Source: the human T2T-CHM13v2.0 reference genome, Homo sapiens
DNA length: 64,000 nucleotides
Assembly (NCBI RefSeq): GCF_009914755.1
Contig: NC_060932.1
Direction: 5' to 3' (one strand)
The translations under genes and the position numbers were made by a program. Numbering within the stretch: the first letter of the stretch is position 1; each line of letters opens with the position of its first letter. This document shows positions 1 through 14,099 of this stretch, one piece after another. The notes under the pieces are model-generated. The model saw only the letters and a program-made list of their open reading frames with translations. It was not told the DNA's origin and searched no databases.

Positions 1-1
1 A

Positions 2-195
2 CAGGGTTTCTTAATGGACATTTTCAGTCGGATAATTCTTTGTTGGGGAGTAGCGGCAGCAGTGCTGTCCTATGCACTGTAGGATGTTTAACAGCATAAC
101 TGGCCTCTACTCACTAGGTCCCTATAGCACCCCTCCAGTTATGACAACCAAAAAGTATTTCCAGACATTGCCAAATGTCCCCAGGAAGGGGGAAA
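2..195. mobile_element. MER20-like hAT-Charlie DNA transposon relic
   Basis: Motifs TGTCCTATGCACTGTAGGATGTTTA and TCCAGACATTGCCAAATGTCCCC. Confidence 0.7.
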
Positions 196-455
196 CAGGA
201 GATGGAATTTCTGTAGTATAATCAGTATAGATAAGTACTAAAGAAGTTTTTTTTAGGAAAAAAACTTAGTGTTAATATTAACATTTATTAATTATACTGG
301 CCCCTACAAAATAAGGATAAACAAAAATTAAAAATGAATAAAGCACTCATTTAAACCATGAACTTTTACTATGGGATACTGGATAAAGTTTGAATTAACA
401 TTTGTATTAATCCAGAAAGGAGAATTTTTAGAATTCAAAATTAAGACGAGTTTAC

Positions 456-573
456 CTGGTTGACTGCATTTGCCTTGTAGTTTCTGGATCTTCAAACATC
501 TTCACAATTGGTTCTGTTTCTGCCTGAAGCTGTTTCAGTTGTGCAACCACTGTGGTTCTTTTCTCTCTCAAAG
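456..573 (-). CDS. EIF3E: EIF3E exon 3 ([40 protein letters not shown]); gene continues beyond the window start
   Basis: Acceptor TTTTTAATTAG|CTTTG and donor CCAG|GTAAAC. 118 nt, frame-compatible with the phase-1 end of exon 2. Confidence 0.98.
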
Positions 574-1197
574 CTAATTAAAAATGCAGAAGAGCACTAC
601 AATGTTAAGGAATGTTAAATTGTGCTACTCATCATGAGAATGTCTGGAAATTTTTCAGTGTATTTAAACTATACATATATTTATTTACCCCCAATATATT
701 CATATGCCATGGGCTACTCAGTCAGAAATGTCCCCGATCTCTAATTTCTTTTTTCTACTAATACAAAGGCACAAAAAGGAAAAGGGAATCCTCTTCCTAC
801 TCTTGAGGGAAACTAGAGAATACACAGCCTTGGGGTGACAGAGGGATGTGAAAGAAAAAAAGGGTAGGACCCAATTATCTATCATTTAATTCTCCATTGC
901 AGAAACTTCTTTCCAAGTGTTTTTATATTTGTTCTCATTTAATTTTCTTAGGTGAATATTATCCCAGAGTTTTTGAAGAAAAACTCAGAGGGATTTACAT
1001 ATTACTATTACAGGCTATCAACTAGGTTGAATGGAATTTAAATCCATTAAATAATCTCTTTTAACCACAAATCCAGCTCTATAATCTCTCAAACCAAATT
1101 CTATCGTTCCTTTTACTATACTATGAAAAGGTGGAGAAAACTTGCACATAACCAACTCTGGTAACACCTTAATGTTTCATTAAGAAACTAAGAAATA

Positions 1198-1518
<321 letters not shown>

Positions 1519-1809
1519 TTATCCATGACAAACTAAAAAAGAGATACTGTTATTGCAGGGAACTACAAGTCAAACATGTGGATTATGTTTAATGTAATAA
1601 TGTCTGTATTATATATTAGAAAGTATATTCTAGAGCAGTCTTTCTGAAACACAGAAGATCTATGATCAAATTTTGAGAAATGCCAATTTAATCACAGTAT
1701 ACTGTATTTCTCTACTGCCAAAATTCTTGGAACCTTTAAAAATGTAATGTGCATTGAAGAAATGACACAGAATTATTTCCCAAACTTAAGAGGACCACTT
1801 AACAGTTTT

Positions 1810-1910
1810 GATTAAGTAGGTCTGGTGTGTGGCCAAAAACCTGCATTTCTAACAAGCTCTCCCAGGTGAACTGATGATGCTGGTCCTGGGGACCATATTT
1901 GGAGAACAAT
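1810..1910. mobile_element. MER5-like fragment
   Basis: CTGCATTTCTAACAAGCTCTCCCAGGTGA...GATGCTGGTCC...GGACCA motif. Confidence 0.65.
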
Positions 1911-2295
1911 GTCTACACTAGATGCCTCAAAATTAAAAAAAAAAACACAAAACTCTAAGGCACACAATGCACTAACTGAAAAAGTTAGCAACCCAAGAAC
2001 TGCAACATTCTCAGATAATTCTAAGGAATGTGAATCATAAGCACAACTTTGATGATACATACTATGAAATGAAGGCATCTGATGACCATATTTTAAAGTA
2101 GTTCCACATCTTTCACAGGGAGAAAACAATATATTTCGGAAGATATGAAACCTTTATATAACCTCTCACCCAAAGAACATTAACATTCAAATCATAATTA
2201 AGCCTTTTGGCTAAAGCTGTCTTATAAATCATAAAACTTTAATACACACATCCTCAAGTCACAAGACAAGCTTCAGTTCTAATGACAAAACTTAC

Positions 2296-2410
2296 CATGA
2301 GGAATATCATCAGAATAAAGGTTTTTGTATACATCCATAGCAAAGTCTACCATGTTGGTATCACTAAGAAGGTCCAATTTACCTTGTAATAATTCCTTTT
2401 CATTATATAT
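2296..2410 (-). CDS. EIF3E: EIF3E exon 2 ([38 protein letters not shown])
   Basis: Acceptor TTTTGCAG|ATATAT and donor CATG|GTAAGT. 115 nt, continues the exon 1 frame and matches eIF3e. Confidence 0.98.
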
Positions 2411-3149
2411 CTGCAAAAGAAGATAACTTTCTAATGAATATATTTAAGTTCCCCAAATAAACTGATTAATACTAAAACTAATTTACCTGGAAATATATTT
2501 CAAGAAATACTTTATAAAATACGATAAACTATTAACATTCCCCTCTTGTAATAATGGCAAGCAATATGGCAAGCAACCAACCTATAGACGTAAAAGTATT
2601 TTACTTACCTAAAAATTTTAAAATGAAGAGAATTACTGTAGACATTCCCACCTACTTCTGATTTACATGACCTTATTTTTTATGTGTCCCTACAAACCAT
2701 CTCTTACCCTTTCTAGGCAAGGCTGTGTATAAATAAAACCCACGCCATCTTTCCTGTAAAGCACATATAGCTGTCACTTCTCCACATCCAGGTAATCAGT
2801 AATAAACTCCTATATGCTTCTCCATCCACATTGCTGAAACAACCTGCACCAAGTTTTTAAGTCAACCATGTCAGATCAGGCTTTTGCTTTGCAAAGGATC
2901 CAAAAAAGCATAATTTAACCTATAGTACAGGGAGCAAATAGATATATATACACAAACTCACAACAACATGAAGTGTACTGAGTAATATGTAAAGATTCTA
3001 CAAAATATTCACGGACAGAAATGCTTCAGCAAAAGAAAAGATTTCTGTACTGAACTTAATTTTGCAAGGAAAGAAAAATCCAAGAAAATGCCACAATATT
3101 TCACTGCCCGCAAAAAATAAAGATGAAGGTGGTCAAAGGGTATTTAGCC

Positions 3150-3840
3150 ATGAGAGCAAAATCGAACCTTCCAAATTACATGCAGAACTCCTATAAATGA
3201 GTAAGACAAGACAGACCTTGCAATTGAAATGGCTAAAAGATAGGCACTTCGCAAAAGAAGACAACCAAATGGCCAACAGACACATGAAAAGGTTCTCAAA
3301 GTCATTAATCATAAGGAAATGCATACTAAAAATTACAATAAAAACCTAAAAAATCCTGACAATACCAGTGTTGGTGTGGATGTAGACTAACTGGAACCTA
3401 TTCTCTTCTGGCAGGAATACAACTACTTTGTAAGATTTTTATCTCCCAAAGCCAAACATACTTTTTGATCCAGTAATTGTTTCGAGGCATCCAAAACAAA
3501 TGGGTGCATATAGTCAAAGTGCACTTCCAAAAATGTACACAGGAGCACTATTTGTAATAGCCAAGTCTATCAATGTTAAAATGAGAAAACAAACCACAGC
3601 ATACTCATAATAGATTAACATTCGGCACTGAAAAATCAATGAACTACTACTGCTATCCTAAAAACATGATGACTCACAAACAATGCTGAGTGAAAGATGT
3701 CATACAAAGCAGTACATGGTGGTAAATGCTTAACTCCACCTATATAAAAATCAAAAACAGGCAAAATGAATCATCAGACTACAGCTTACCTTTAGGGGGT
3801 GTGAGTAGTGACTAACAGGGGTCAAGATGAAGGTTTAAGG
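3150..3840 (+). mobile_element. Old L1 (L1M) 3' fragment
   Basis: L1 ORF2-end/3'UTR motifs such as CAAATGGCCAACAGACACATGAAAAGGTTCTCAA and GCACTATTTGTAATAGCCAA. Confidence 0.7.
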
Positions 3841-3845
3841 ATGTC

Positions 3846-4196
<351 letters not shown>

Positions 4197-5025
4197 TCAC
4201 ATAAATGTATTCGCTATTCATTTTGAAAAAAATATGTATCATTGACCAGTACATTTGTATTTGTGTACTTGTATGAATGAATGTCGTATCTGATAAAAAA
4301 TTTACCTAAAAAACCTTAACTTCTCATCACTTTGCCCTATAGAAACACTAATCTTAAATAAAAACATTCTTTTCCAAGCACGCTACCTCTCCCCACTCCA
4401 CTAGTAACTTTTAATTTGCCACGTCTCTCTCCACAATAGATTCAATAGCCTTGCTCCTCTACCATCAGGTGTTACTGTCCTGTTCTCAAATCTACATATG
4501 CCTCTCAATTCTGCCTCATAAGCAGAAAGCAAATACTTCAGACTTTGTATCAAGAAGCAACAATTGAAAATACTATATAAGTACTCACATGAAAAACGAG
4601 AATCAAATTTCCACAATTTTTTAAAAATTTTGAAACAGAAATAATAACAGTAAAAGTTTTTGTAATACAGGTCTATTAATAAGAATAGAATGCTTTTTCA
4701 AGAGAAATTATTTCACTTAATTGGGGTATAAAGTTAATATTCTATAATTGCTAATGTTTGCAAATGTTCCTCTGTTACAAACTATTCTTAGCCCCAAAAC
4801 CACACAAAAACAGGCTGCTATCTGATTCCCAGGCTATAGTCTGCTGATCCGTCGTCTATCAACCTCTTGAAAACATATTACTTTTTAACAGATTAAGAAT
4901 CTTTTTTTGCTGTCTCTTCCTCTGCTGTCATTCAACACAAATATAATGCCATACTGATGACTCTTTAAAAGCTTGAGCCCTAAAATTCCTTTATTCCTCA
5001 AATTATGACAATTTTCATCATGTAT

Positions 5026-5099
5026 CTCATCTCCAAGAATTCCAACTTAAAACTGATAACCCCTCATCTCCAAGAATTCCAACTTAAAACTGATAACCC
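5026..5099. repeat. Perfect 37-bp tandem duplication in EIF3E intron 1
   Basis: CTCATCTCCAAGAATTCCAACTTAAAACTGATAACCC x2 (5026-5062, 5063-5099). Confidence 0.95.
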
Positions 5100-5680
5100 C
5101 TTCCACCATTACCATTAAAATCTTCATCATCTCAGACTTTCTGCCCTTTCTAATTTTTGTAATACCCTTTTTGATGTCACTTTCTGCCTTAGTTTGGATA
5201 TCATTTTTAGCTATTTCAAAGATTTTCTCTTCAGTTCTATCATTGATTCTTTCAAACTAATTTCTCCAACTATATACAATTCAGTGTCAATCACTAACTC
5301 TGGAAAAAAAGTCACCTATTCTCTAGGTTCTGGCTAAGGATGACTACAAAATGTTTCAAAATTAGGGAATAATGTTATTCGATCACATCTGTGCTTCTCT
5401 AAATGGCATTTACATACAAGCCTACCCCTAAATATGTCTATACTACTCCCATAGCCTTCTACCGCTCCTCGCCCTGAGAATGACCCCATTATTAGCTCTA
5501 AGGTATGATTTCCAATCTCAGTTGGGCCCTCCACACTTAACCAATCCTTGTACTTTCCTTTGATCAGTTTCTTAGTAACCATTTCCAGTCCTTACCTTAC
5601 TCCTCAAAACCCTCACTGCCCCCCCCTCCCATCCCATACCAATACAGAATGGGCTAGTCTTCCAAAATAAAAAACATTTA

Positions 5681-5975
5681 GAGCCAAGGGTGGTGGCTCA
5701 TGTCTGTAATCCCAGCACTTTGCGAGGCCAAGGTGGCAGATCACTTGAGTTCAGGAGTTTGAGACCAGCCTGGGTAACATGGTGAAACCCCATCTCTACA
5801 AAAAATACAAAAAAAATCAGCCGGACATGGTGGCGCACACCTGTAGTCCCAGCTACTTCTGGGGCTGAGGTGGGAGAATTGCTTGAGCCCAGAAAGTCAG
5901 GGCTGTAATGAGCTAAGATTGTGCCACTGCACTCCAGCTTAGGTGACAAAGCGAGACCCTGTCTCAAAACACAAA
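5681..5975 (+). mobile_element. AluJ-type
   Basis: Diverged dimeric Alu with GCTTGAGCCCAG and GAGACCCTGTCTC. Confidence 0.9.
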
Positions 5976-6399
5976 ACATTAAGGAGTACTCACTCTGTCC
6001 CAGAAGAGCGTAGTGTTTTATATGCATTATCTCATGTAATTTTTCTAACCCGATGAGATTGGTGGTAGTATTAACATTTTATTCATGAGAAAAGGTTAAG
6101 AGGGTAAAAGAATCTGCTCTGACTGCACAGAGGTATTAAATGACCGAGTCATGAAAGGTCCAATTCAGAGCCCAGGGTCCTAAATATTTCACTATCTGGC
6201 CTTCTGCTTCACATGAAAATAAAGAAGAGTGAGAAACAAGTATGTATTCATTCAATCATTTATTAAACAATCATAAAAAGCCTTTATGCCAGACTCATAT
6301 TATGTGCTGAGAGCACAAGGAAGCTTCTGCTCTCATGAAGCTTATATTCTCCAATGTACTACAAATATATGAAACTGTTTTTCTCTTGGTGCAATGTAA

Positions 6400-6797
6400 T
6401 AGTCTCCCCTTATCCATGAGCTAAATGTTCCAAGACCCCCCAGCGGCTGCTGCCTGAAACTGCAGATAGCCCCAATCCTATATTTACTGTTTTTTTCCTA
6501 TACATGCATACCTATGATAAAGTTTAATTTATAAACTGGGAACAAGAGATGAACAATAACAAAATAGAACAATTAAGTTAGCATATACAGTGTGGATACA
6601 CTGGACAAAAGGATGATTCATGTCCCAGTTTTAAGCAAGAGAGCGAGACAGATTTCATCCTACTACCCAGAAGGGCGAACAATTTAAAACTTACGAATTG
6701 CTAATTTCTGGAATTTTCCATTTAATATTTTTGGACCATGAGTAACTGGAACTGCAGAAATTGAAACTGCTAAGGGGGTGTGGGGGGGGGGCTGCTG
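6400..6797. mobile_element. MER2-like Tigger-family MITE
   Basis: Termini TAGTCTCCCCTTATCC...GTTCCAAGACCCCC and TAAGGGGG...GCTGCTG. Confidence 0.65.
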
Positions 6798-7051
6798 TAT
6801 CCTCACATAGCAGGATCACTGACTCTATTCTAACCATTTTGCCTTCAAGACTCAAAGCCTCACCTCCTCAAAGTCCTCTTTGCTCACTGAAGATAACAAA
6901 ATCTCAATTTTGATAGCACTCTACCAGTACCTACCTCTTCGACATTTATTTTTACCTTATATCAAAAACATTCAACTCTAAAGGATAGGTAAGTTGTTTA
7001 GTGGTGAGATGTCTGGGTTTTATCTTGGATTTCTCAGTTATATGGCCCTAT

Positions 7052-7527
7052 ACAATTAACCCTTGGACGACAAGGGTTTGAACCACACAGGTCCACGTAT
7101 ACACAACTTTTTTTCAATAAAAGTTACACCAAGTGTGCCTGCCTTTCCTGACTTCCCATCCACTTCCTCTACTTCTTCCACCTCTGCTACCCCTGAAACA
7201 GCAAGACCAACCCCTCCTTTTACTCCTCCTCCTCAGCCTACTCAATATGAAGACAATGAAGACCTTCATGATGATGTACTTCCACTTACTAAAAAGTAAA
7301 TGTATTTTCTCTTCCTTATAATTTAAGACCATTTTATTTTCTCTAGCTTACTTTATTGTAATAATACAGTATAGAACACATACAACACAGGACTGTCCAT
7401 GTTCTCAGTAAGCCTTCCTGTCAGCATTAGGATATATTAAGTTTTGGGGGAGTCAAAACTTATAACGGATTTTTGACTGCGAGAGCTCAGCGTTCCTAAC
7501 CCCTGTACTGTCCAAGAGTCAAATGTA
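7052..7527. mobile_element. Tigger2-derived element
   Basis: TIR-like CAATTAACCCTTGGACGACAAGGGTTTGAAC ... CCTAACCCCTGTACTGTCCAAGAGTCAAATG. Confidence 0.7.
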
Positions 7528-9107
7528 CTTAGCAATTGCTAATTAAATACTCCAGCATCTGTCTTCCTCTTGGTGTATTACAGCTATCTTACCAACATTT
7601 TCTCCAAAGAGGTGGGTATTGGGCAGTTTTTCCCACTGATTCTCAACTGCCTGCAGTTCATAGTTTTCGTCTAGCCCTATGAAAATCTAATTCACATTTA
7701 CATATTCCTCCTTTCCTTCTGTGTGCCATAAAAAAAATGAAATTATAAAGAACACAAAAATATATAAAGTTCAGCTAGTTCAGAAGTACTTCTACAAGCA
7801 GCTGGTAAAGGCTTTCAAAATATAGCATTTTTACTAGATCTTTTGTCCTCACTTTTCCAGAAAAGAAAACAATGCAGATGCGAATGTTTTACTCAAGGTC
7901 TAAAATACAGGTGTAAAAAGAAGAATCAAAGCAAAAATATATCAAGAGAAAGTTTTACATGACAAGACATTCTTGGACATTTACTGAAAATGATCTTAGC
8001 CGTTACCTAACGTCAACAACTTTAGAGTTGTCTATGTTTAGAAAAGGTGCATATGAATATGAGGATTATACCTGTCTAACGAGCCACAACACCTGGACGC
8101 TGGTTTTTGGGACGTTTTTGTTTTATTGCTTTTTGTCTTTTGCTACACAAAATCCACTCCCCAAATCTAGAGTTCCCTAAGTAGACTTATATTGTAGTCT
8201 GCTTCCAGAAACAGAACTCACTTATTTTTCTGAAAAAATTCGAATTCCTTCATCACTGCAAATTACTTTGCATTATTAAAATGCATCAATTTCCCAATAA
8301 ACTCACGGTATAACTAATGTCAATTTTCTTTTAGCCAAAACTTTCAAGTCCAATAAAACTTTTAGGACTGACATATGCTTTAAAATGAAGTTCCAGAATT
8401 ACACATTTATTCATGATATCTTGAGTAGATAATTGAATATTAACGACCAATTCAAACCACATGAAGTCAGTACAATATATCCACTGGAAAACACATTTAA
8501 AGATTGGAGGGATTTTTTCTGGGGGGGGGGGCGGGGGAGCGCCGTCCCCATCTGACGAAATATGCTGTTCTAGAAAGTCCTACTTAACCAAGACAAGAAA
8601 ACGCAAAGAACTCACAACTTCATGGAAATTAAAGCGCTAGATACTTATTTTAAGTGTAAGAGAATCACTCCAAAAGACTCGACATGCAAAAACCCACAGC
8701 CAAGCCCAGGCTTCCCACAGTTCCCAAAAGAAAAATCAAAAGCTCTAACAGCACTCCAGGTTGCTTTTACAAGCCAGCCTGTGAAGCTCTAACGTTCTCT
8801 AGCGAAACCAGCGAATCGCCAACTTCCGAGAAGAAATGATGCGAAAGTCCCTCCCGCACTGACACCTCAGTAAGTGAAAGAGACTTCTTTTCTCTCTCCG
8901 TAACCTCCCTCCTCCTCACTGCCGAATAGTGCGGTGCTTCTTAACTGAGACGACGCTAAACTACCAGAAGATCCTTAGTGTCCGTCCAGGAACCAAACTC
9001 GCGACCGCCTCGCACGTGTCAGGCCTAGGACTACAGACACCGCCTTTCGGCCTTGCTCAGCACCTCATCCGCCCCCACGCCTTCCTTGCGCCCAAAGACC
9101 CCCTCAC

Positions 9108-9197
9108 CTCCTTTACAGAGAGAAATTCAAGAAGCGGAAAGACTAGATGCCGATCCAAAAAGTGCGCGATGCGAGTAGTCAAGTCGTACTCCGCCAT
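9108..9197 (-). CDS. EIF3E: EIF3E exon 1 coding part (aa 1-30, [30 protein letters not shown])
   Basis: ATG at 9197-9195. The translation matches the eIF3e N-terminus as recalled. 90 nt, phase 0, followed by donor GAG|GTGAGG. Confidence 0.98.
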
Positions 9198-9201
9198 CTT
9201 G
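9190..9201 (-). promoter_or_regulatory. EIF3E: TISU/YY1-like element around the start codon
   Basis: CAAGATGGCGGA matches the TISU consensus SAASATGGCGGC at 11/12 positions, and the inferred 5'UTR is very short. Confidence 0.7.
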
Positions 9202-9203
9202 CC

Positions 9204-9216
9204 AAAGAAAAGGGAG
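9204..9216 (-). promoter_or_regulatory. EIF3E: 5' terminal oligopyrimidine (TOP)/TCT-type initiation tract
   Basis: Minus strand CTCCCTTTTCTTT lies 6 nt before the ATG. EIF3E is an established TOP mRNA. Confidence 0.8.
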
Positions 9217-10069
9217 TCTGTGCTCACTAAAACTTTATTGGTAGCGCCGACAAACGAACAGACAGATCCTGTACTGCGCATGTGCTGTGGTAAAACTGGC
9301 CTAAAGAAAGGGGCGGGGTTTACCCTGGAGAGCAGAGGACAACGACGCATGCGCGCGGGTTGTCCCACCCTTTGCGTTAGGGCGCGAGTGACGGAAACAG
9401 ATCCCTCTATTTGTAGGTTTGTCGGTATCCTCTTTCTAATGCTGGCCTTCGATTACCAGTCAGTGGCTTGCAGTCTATTCCGTTAATAACTATTGAAAGC
9501 TCAGAATTGATTGCTGAGGCAATGTGACTGCATTGGGATGCGGCAAAGGACAACATGAGGAGGCCCCTGCTTTCCAGGAAGTTGCATACAGGGAAGAATA
9601 TCTAGGCTTTTTCATTTGGCATACGCTAATCATTTTGTAAGCGATTGTTAAAGTGAGGGTGGGTTTTTAGACAGAAAATAAGTGAAACAAATTTCAGATA
9701 TAGTAAGAGCCATAATTTGGTGGAGATGGTTGGGTTGGACCTATTTAATTAGGATGGTTAGAGAAAACTCAGATAGGAATTAAGGAAATTAGAGAAAAGT
9801 CTGATAGAGTAACAAGTTAGCTGAGAGTTGTGGTAAGAGAAGGAGGTGATTAAAACTAGAGCCAGGGTAAAAACATGATTGTTGGAACGTACAGCAAAAA
9901 CAATGACCATGAGACAGGAAGGGACTTAGTGTGTGCGTTTCAAAAATTGAATGGCCTGTGTGTACTGGGGAGTAAGGTTAAAGAGTTTGACAAGGGTCAG
10001 GTCATGATTATGGTAAGGAATATGGGGTTTTTTTCTAAGTACTCTTCAGTGTCCTTTGCTAGTTACTTC

Positions 10070-11185
10070 TCATCTTTTAGGCCTTTTCATTTTGAAGAGC
10101 CCCAGGGATCTTGGACCTCTTCTCCATCTAGACCAATGCCCTAAATGGTAACGTCCTTTGCATGCAGTCTGCACATTGACAACTCCCAAATTATAGCCGC
10201 AAAACTGACTATTAGTCCCAGACTCAAATGTACCCAGCATTTCAACGTGAGCTTGTCCCAAACCAAGTTTCCCCATGTAGCTTACCAAACCTGCTCCAGC
10301 TGCACTCTTCACCTCAGTGAATGGCCACTCCATCTGTACAGTTCCCCAGACTCAAAACCTTAGAGTCATCATTGACTTTTTCTCTTACACTGTGCATGAA
10401 ATCTACCAAAAAACCTTTTAACTCTAATCTTTACGGCATATTCAGACCCAATCAGTTCACACCACCTCCAAAGTTTCAACTCTAGTGCACACCACCACTA
10501 TCTCCTGCTTTGATTTTGGGAATCACCTCGTCACTAATCACCTTGCTTCCCCTCTTCCTCCCGTGCTTTATTCTTCATAAAGCAGCCAGAGTGAAGTTTT
10601 AAAAGTCAAATTATGCTTAAAGGTCTCCAAGGCTTGCTATCTCATTTAGAGTAAAAGATGTAGTAGGTATTATAAGTGACCTAACAAGCCAGTAGATCAT
10701 CTGGACCCATTACCTCTCTGACCTCATCTCCTAAATGTTCCCCTCTTGCTCACTTGACTCCAACCACACAGATTTCCCTTCAGTTCCTCAGCTACTCCCA
10801 TCCTGCTTTCATCTTGTCCTGTTATATTTGCTATTCCCTCTACCCGGAATGTTCTTCTCCCAGTTATCTGCATAGCTCTTTCCCTGTCTCCTTCATATTT
10901 TGCTCAAATGTCATCTGCTCAATGAGACCTTCCCTGACCAGTCTATTTAAAAATGTAACTAACCTGCCTACAAGAACTTCTCATCTTGCTTTCCTGCTTT
11001 ATTTTTTTTTTTTTACAATATTTTACTTATTTTATTTACTTTTGGTCTTCCCTGACTATTGTATTAATTCCACAAGATCAGGGATTTTGTCATTATTTTA
11101 AATATAATAACTGCTTCTCGAAAGTCTAAACAATGCCCAGTATATAGTTGGCACTCAATAAATATTTTTGAATGTGTATATGAGT
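10070..11185 (+). mobile_element. L2 LINE relic
   Basis: Pyrimidine-rich L2 body ending in the L2 3' motif GGCACTCAATAAATATTTTTGAATG. Confidence 0.7.
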
Positions 11186-11215
11186 AAAAGAAGGAGGTAG
11201 GCCTTTGGAGAGTGA

Positions 11216-11513
<298 letters not shown>

Positions 11514-11869
11514 TGATGTAAAGATTTTTAGTTGAAATGTATTCTAACTATTGTGTGGTAAATGAATTGTGAAGGGGCAGGAATGAAGGCAGCAGGATCA
11601 GTTTGATGTTCTCAGACTGGGCGAGGGCTAATGGTGGTATAGACAAGTATATTCATACAAGTAGAGAGAAGAGATAAGATCTAAGATGGACTTTGGTGGT
11701 AGAACCAACAAGACTTGCTCCTGGATTGGATATGATGGATAAGGAAGAGTAAAAATCAAAATAATTTCTAGAAATACTACTCAGCTAAAAAGGAGGGGAC
11801 TAGCTATACACACAACAACCTTAATGAATTTCCAGGGAATTACGCTGAGTGAATAAAAGTTACTTCCCA

Positions 11870-12178
<309 letters not shown>

Positions 12179-12404
12179 TTACATATTAAATTATTTTATT
12201 TACATAATATTTTTACATGACAAAATTATGGAAATGGAAACTAGATTAGTAACTGCCAAGGGTTAAGGAGGATGTGGGGGTGGGAGGGAAGTAAGGGTGG
12301 CTATAAAAGGCAATAGCAGGGATTTTTGTGGTAATGGAATGCTCAGGATCTTAACTATGTCATTATCCTAGTTGTGCTATTGTACTGTAATTTATGTTTT
12401 GTTT

Positions 12405-13310
<906 letters not shown>

Positions 13311-14099
13311 TAGTTTTGCAAGATGTTACCATTAGGGTGAATTGGGTAGAGAGCAAATAGGATCTCCCCTGTGCTTACAAGTTGATCTTACAACTGCATG
13401 TGAATCTTCTATTTCAAAATTAAGAAGTTTATTCCTGCACTTTGGGCTTAAGAAACTGAGTCCCTTCTGGTGACCAGTATATGGGGTAGAATGGCAAAGG
13501 AATATGCATGGGTACTTAAACAAGGAGTTCTGTTTCAGGCAAAATGAGATCTCTATTAAATATCTGAGTGGTCATGTCTAGTAAGCAAATGGAGATACTA
13601 TTCTGGATGAGTTGATATAGTTATCGATTGCTTACAATGCATGTCACCTTGTATGTTTTCAATGATGTGGAAGTATTATATGATCTCTACCATTATGCCA
13701 TTTACAGTATTGTTGGGAAAGCAAGGATGAATGCCCATGAAGCAGAGAATACATGTTAGTATAAGCTGCTAAATTGTGGGGCATAGTCTGTGTGGCCTCT
13801 AAGAGTTGAGAAATAACAGTTGTAATTTGAAGTTTCCTGAAATCCCAGGAAGTTGTAATAAAATATAAACAGGAAAAGAGGCAGAAGTGAGGTAGAGCAT
13901 AGGAAGTAAGGAAGCAGGTAGCAGTATGAAAACTTTCCAAAAAGGAACAGAGAGCATCTTTGAGAAGCAGAGAGAAATAAGATGCAATTCTATTTGACAA
14001 ACATTCTGAACTTTTACCACATGCAAGGTACTAAGCTAGGTGTTACTGGGAATATATAATCAATAAGTGTTAGTCCGTGGCCACAGGAGCTTTCAGTCT

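Larger units (their letters stand above)
8790..9485. promoter_or_regulatory. EIF3E: CpG island / EIF3E promoter
   Basis: Dense CpG in otherwise CpG-poor DNA, spanning exon 1. Motifs: GC box GGGGCGGGG 9310-9318, NRF1-like TGCGCATGTGC 9275-9285 and ACGCATGCGCG 9345-9355, CCAAT (minus) 9237-9241, E-box CACGTG 9013-9018, ETS-like ACTTCCG ~8822-8828. Confidence 0.9.

Noticed and set aside
8929-9486. 185-aa plus-strand ORF antisense to EIF3E exon 1
   Set aside because: Starts at GTG, spans the CpG island where stops are depleted, and resembles no protein I recognise.
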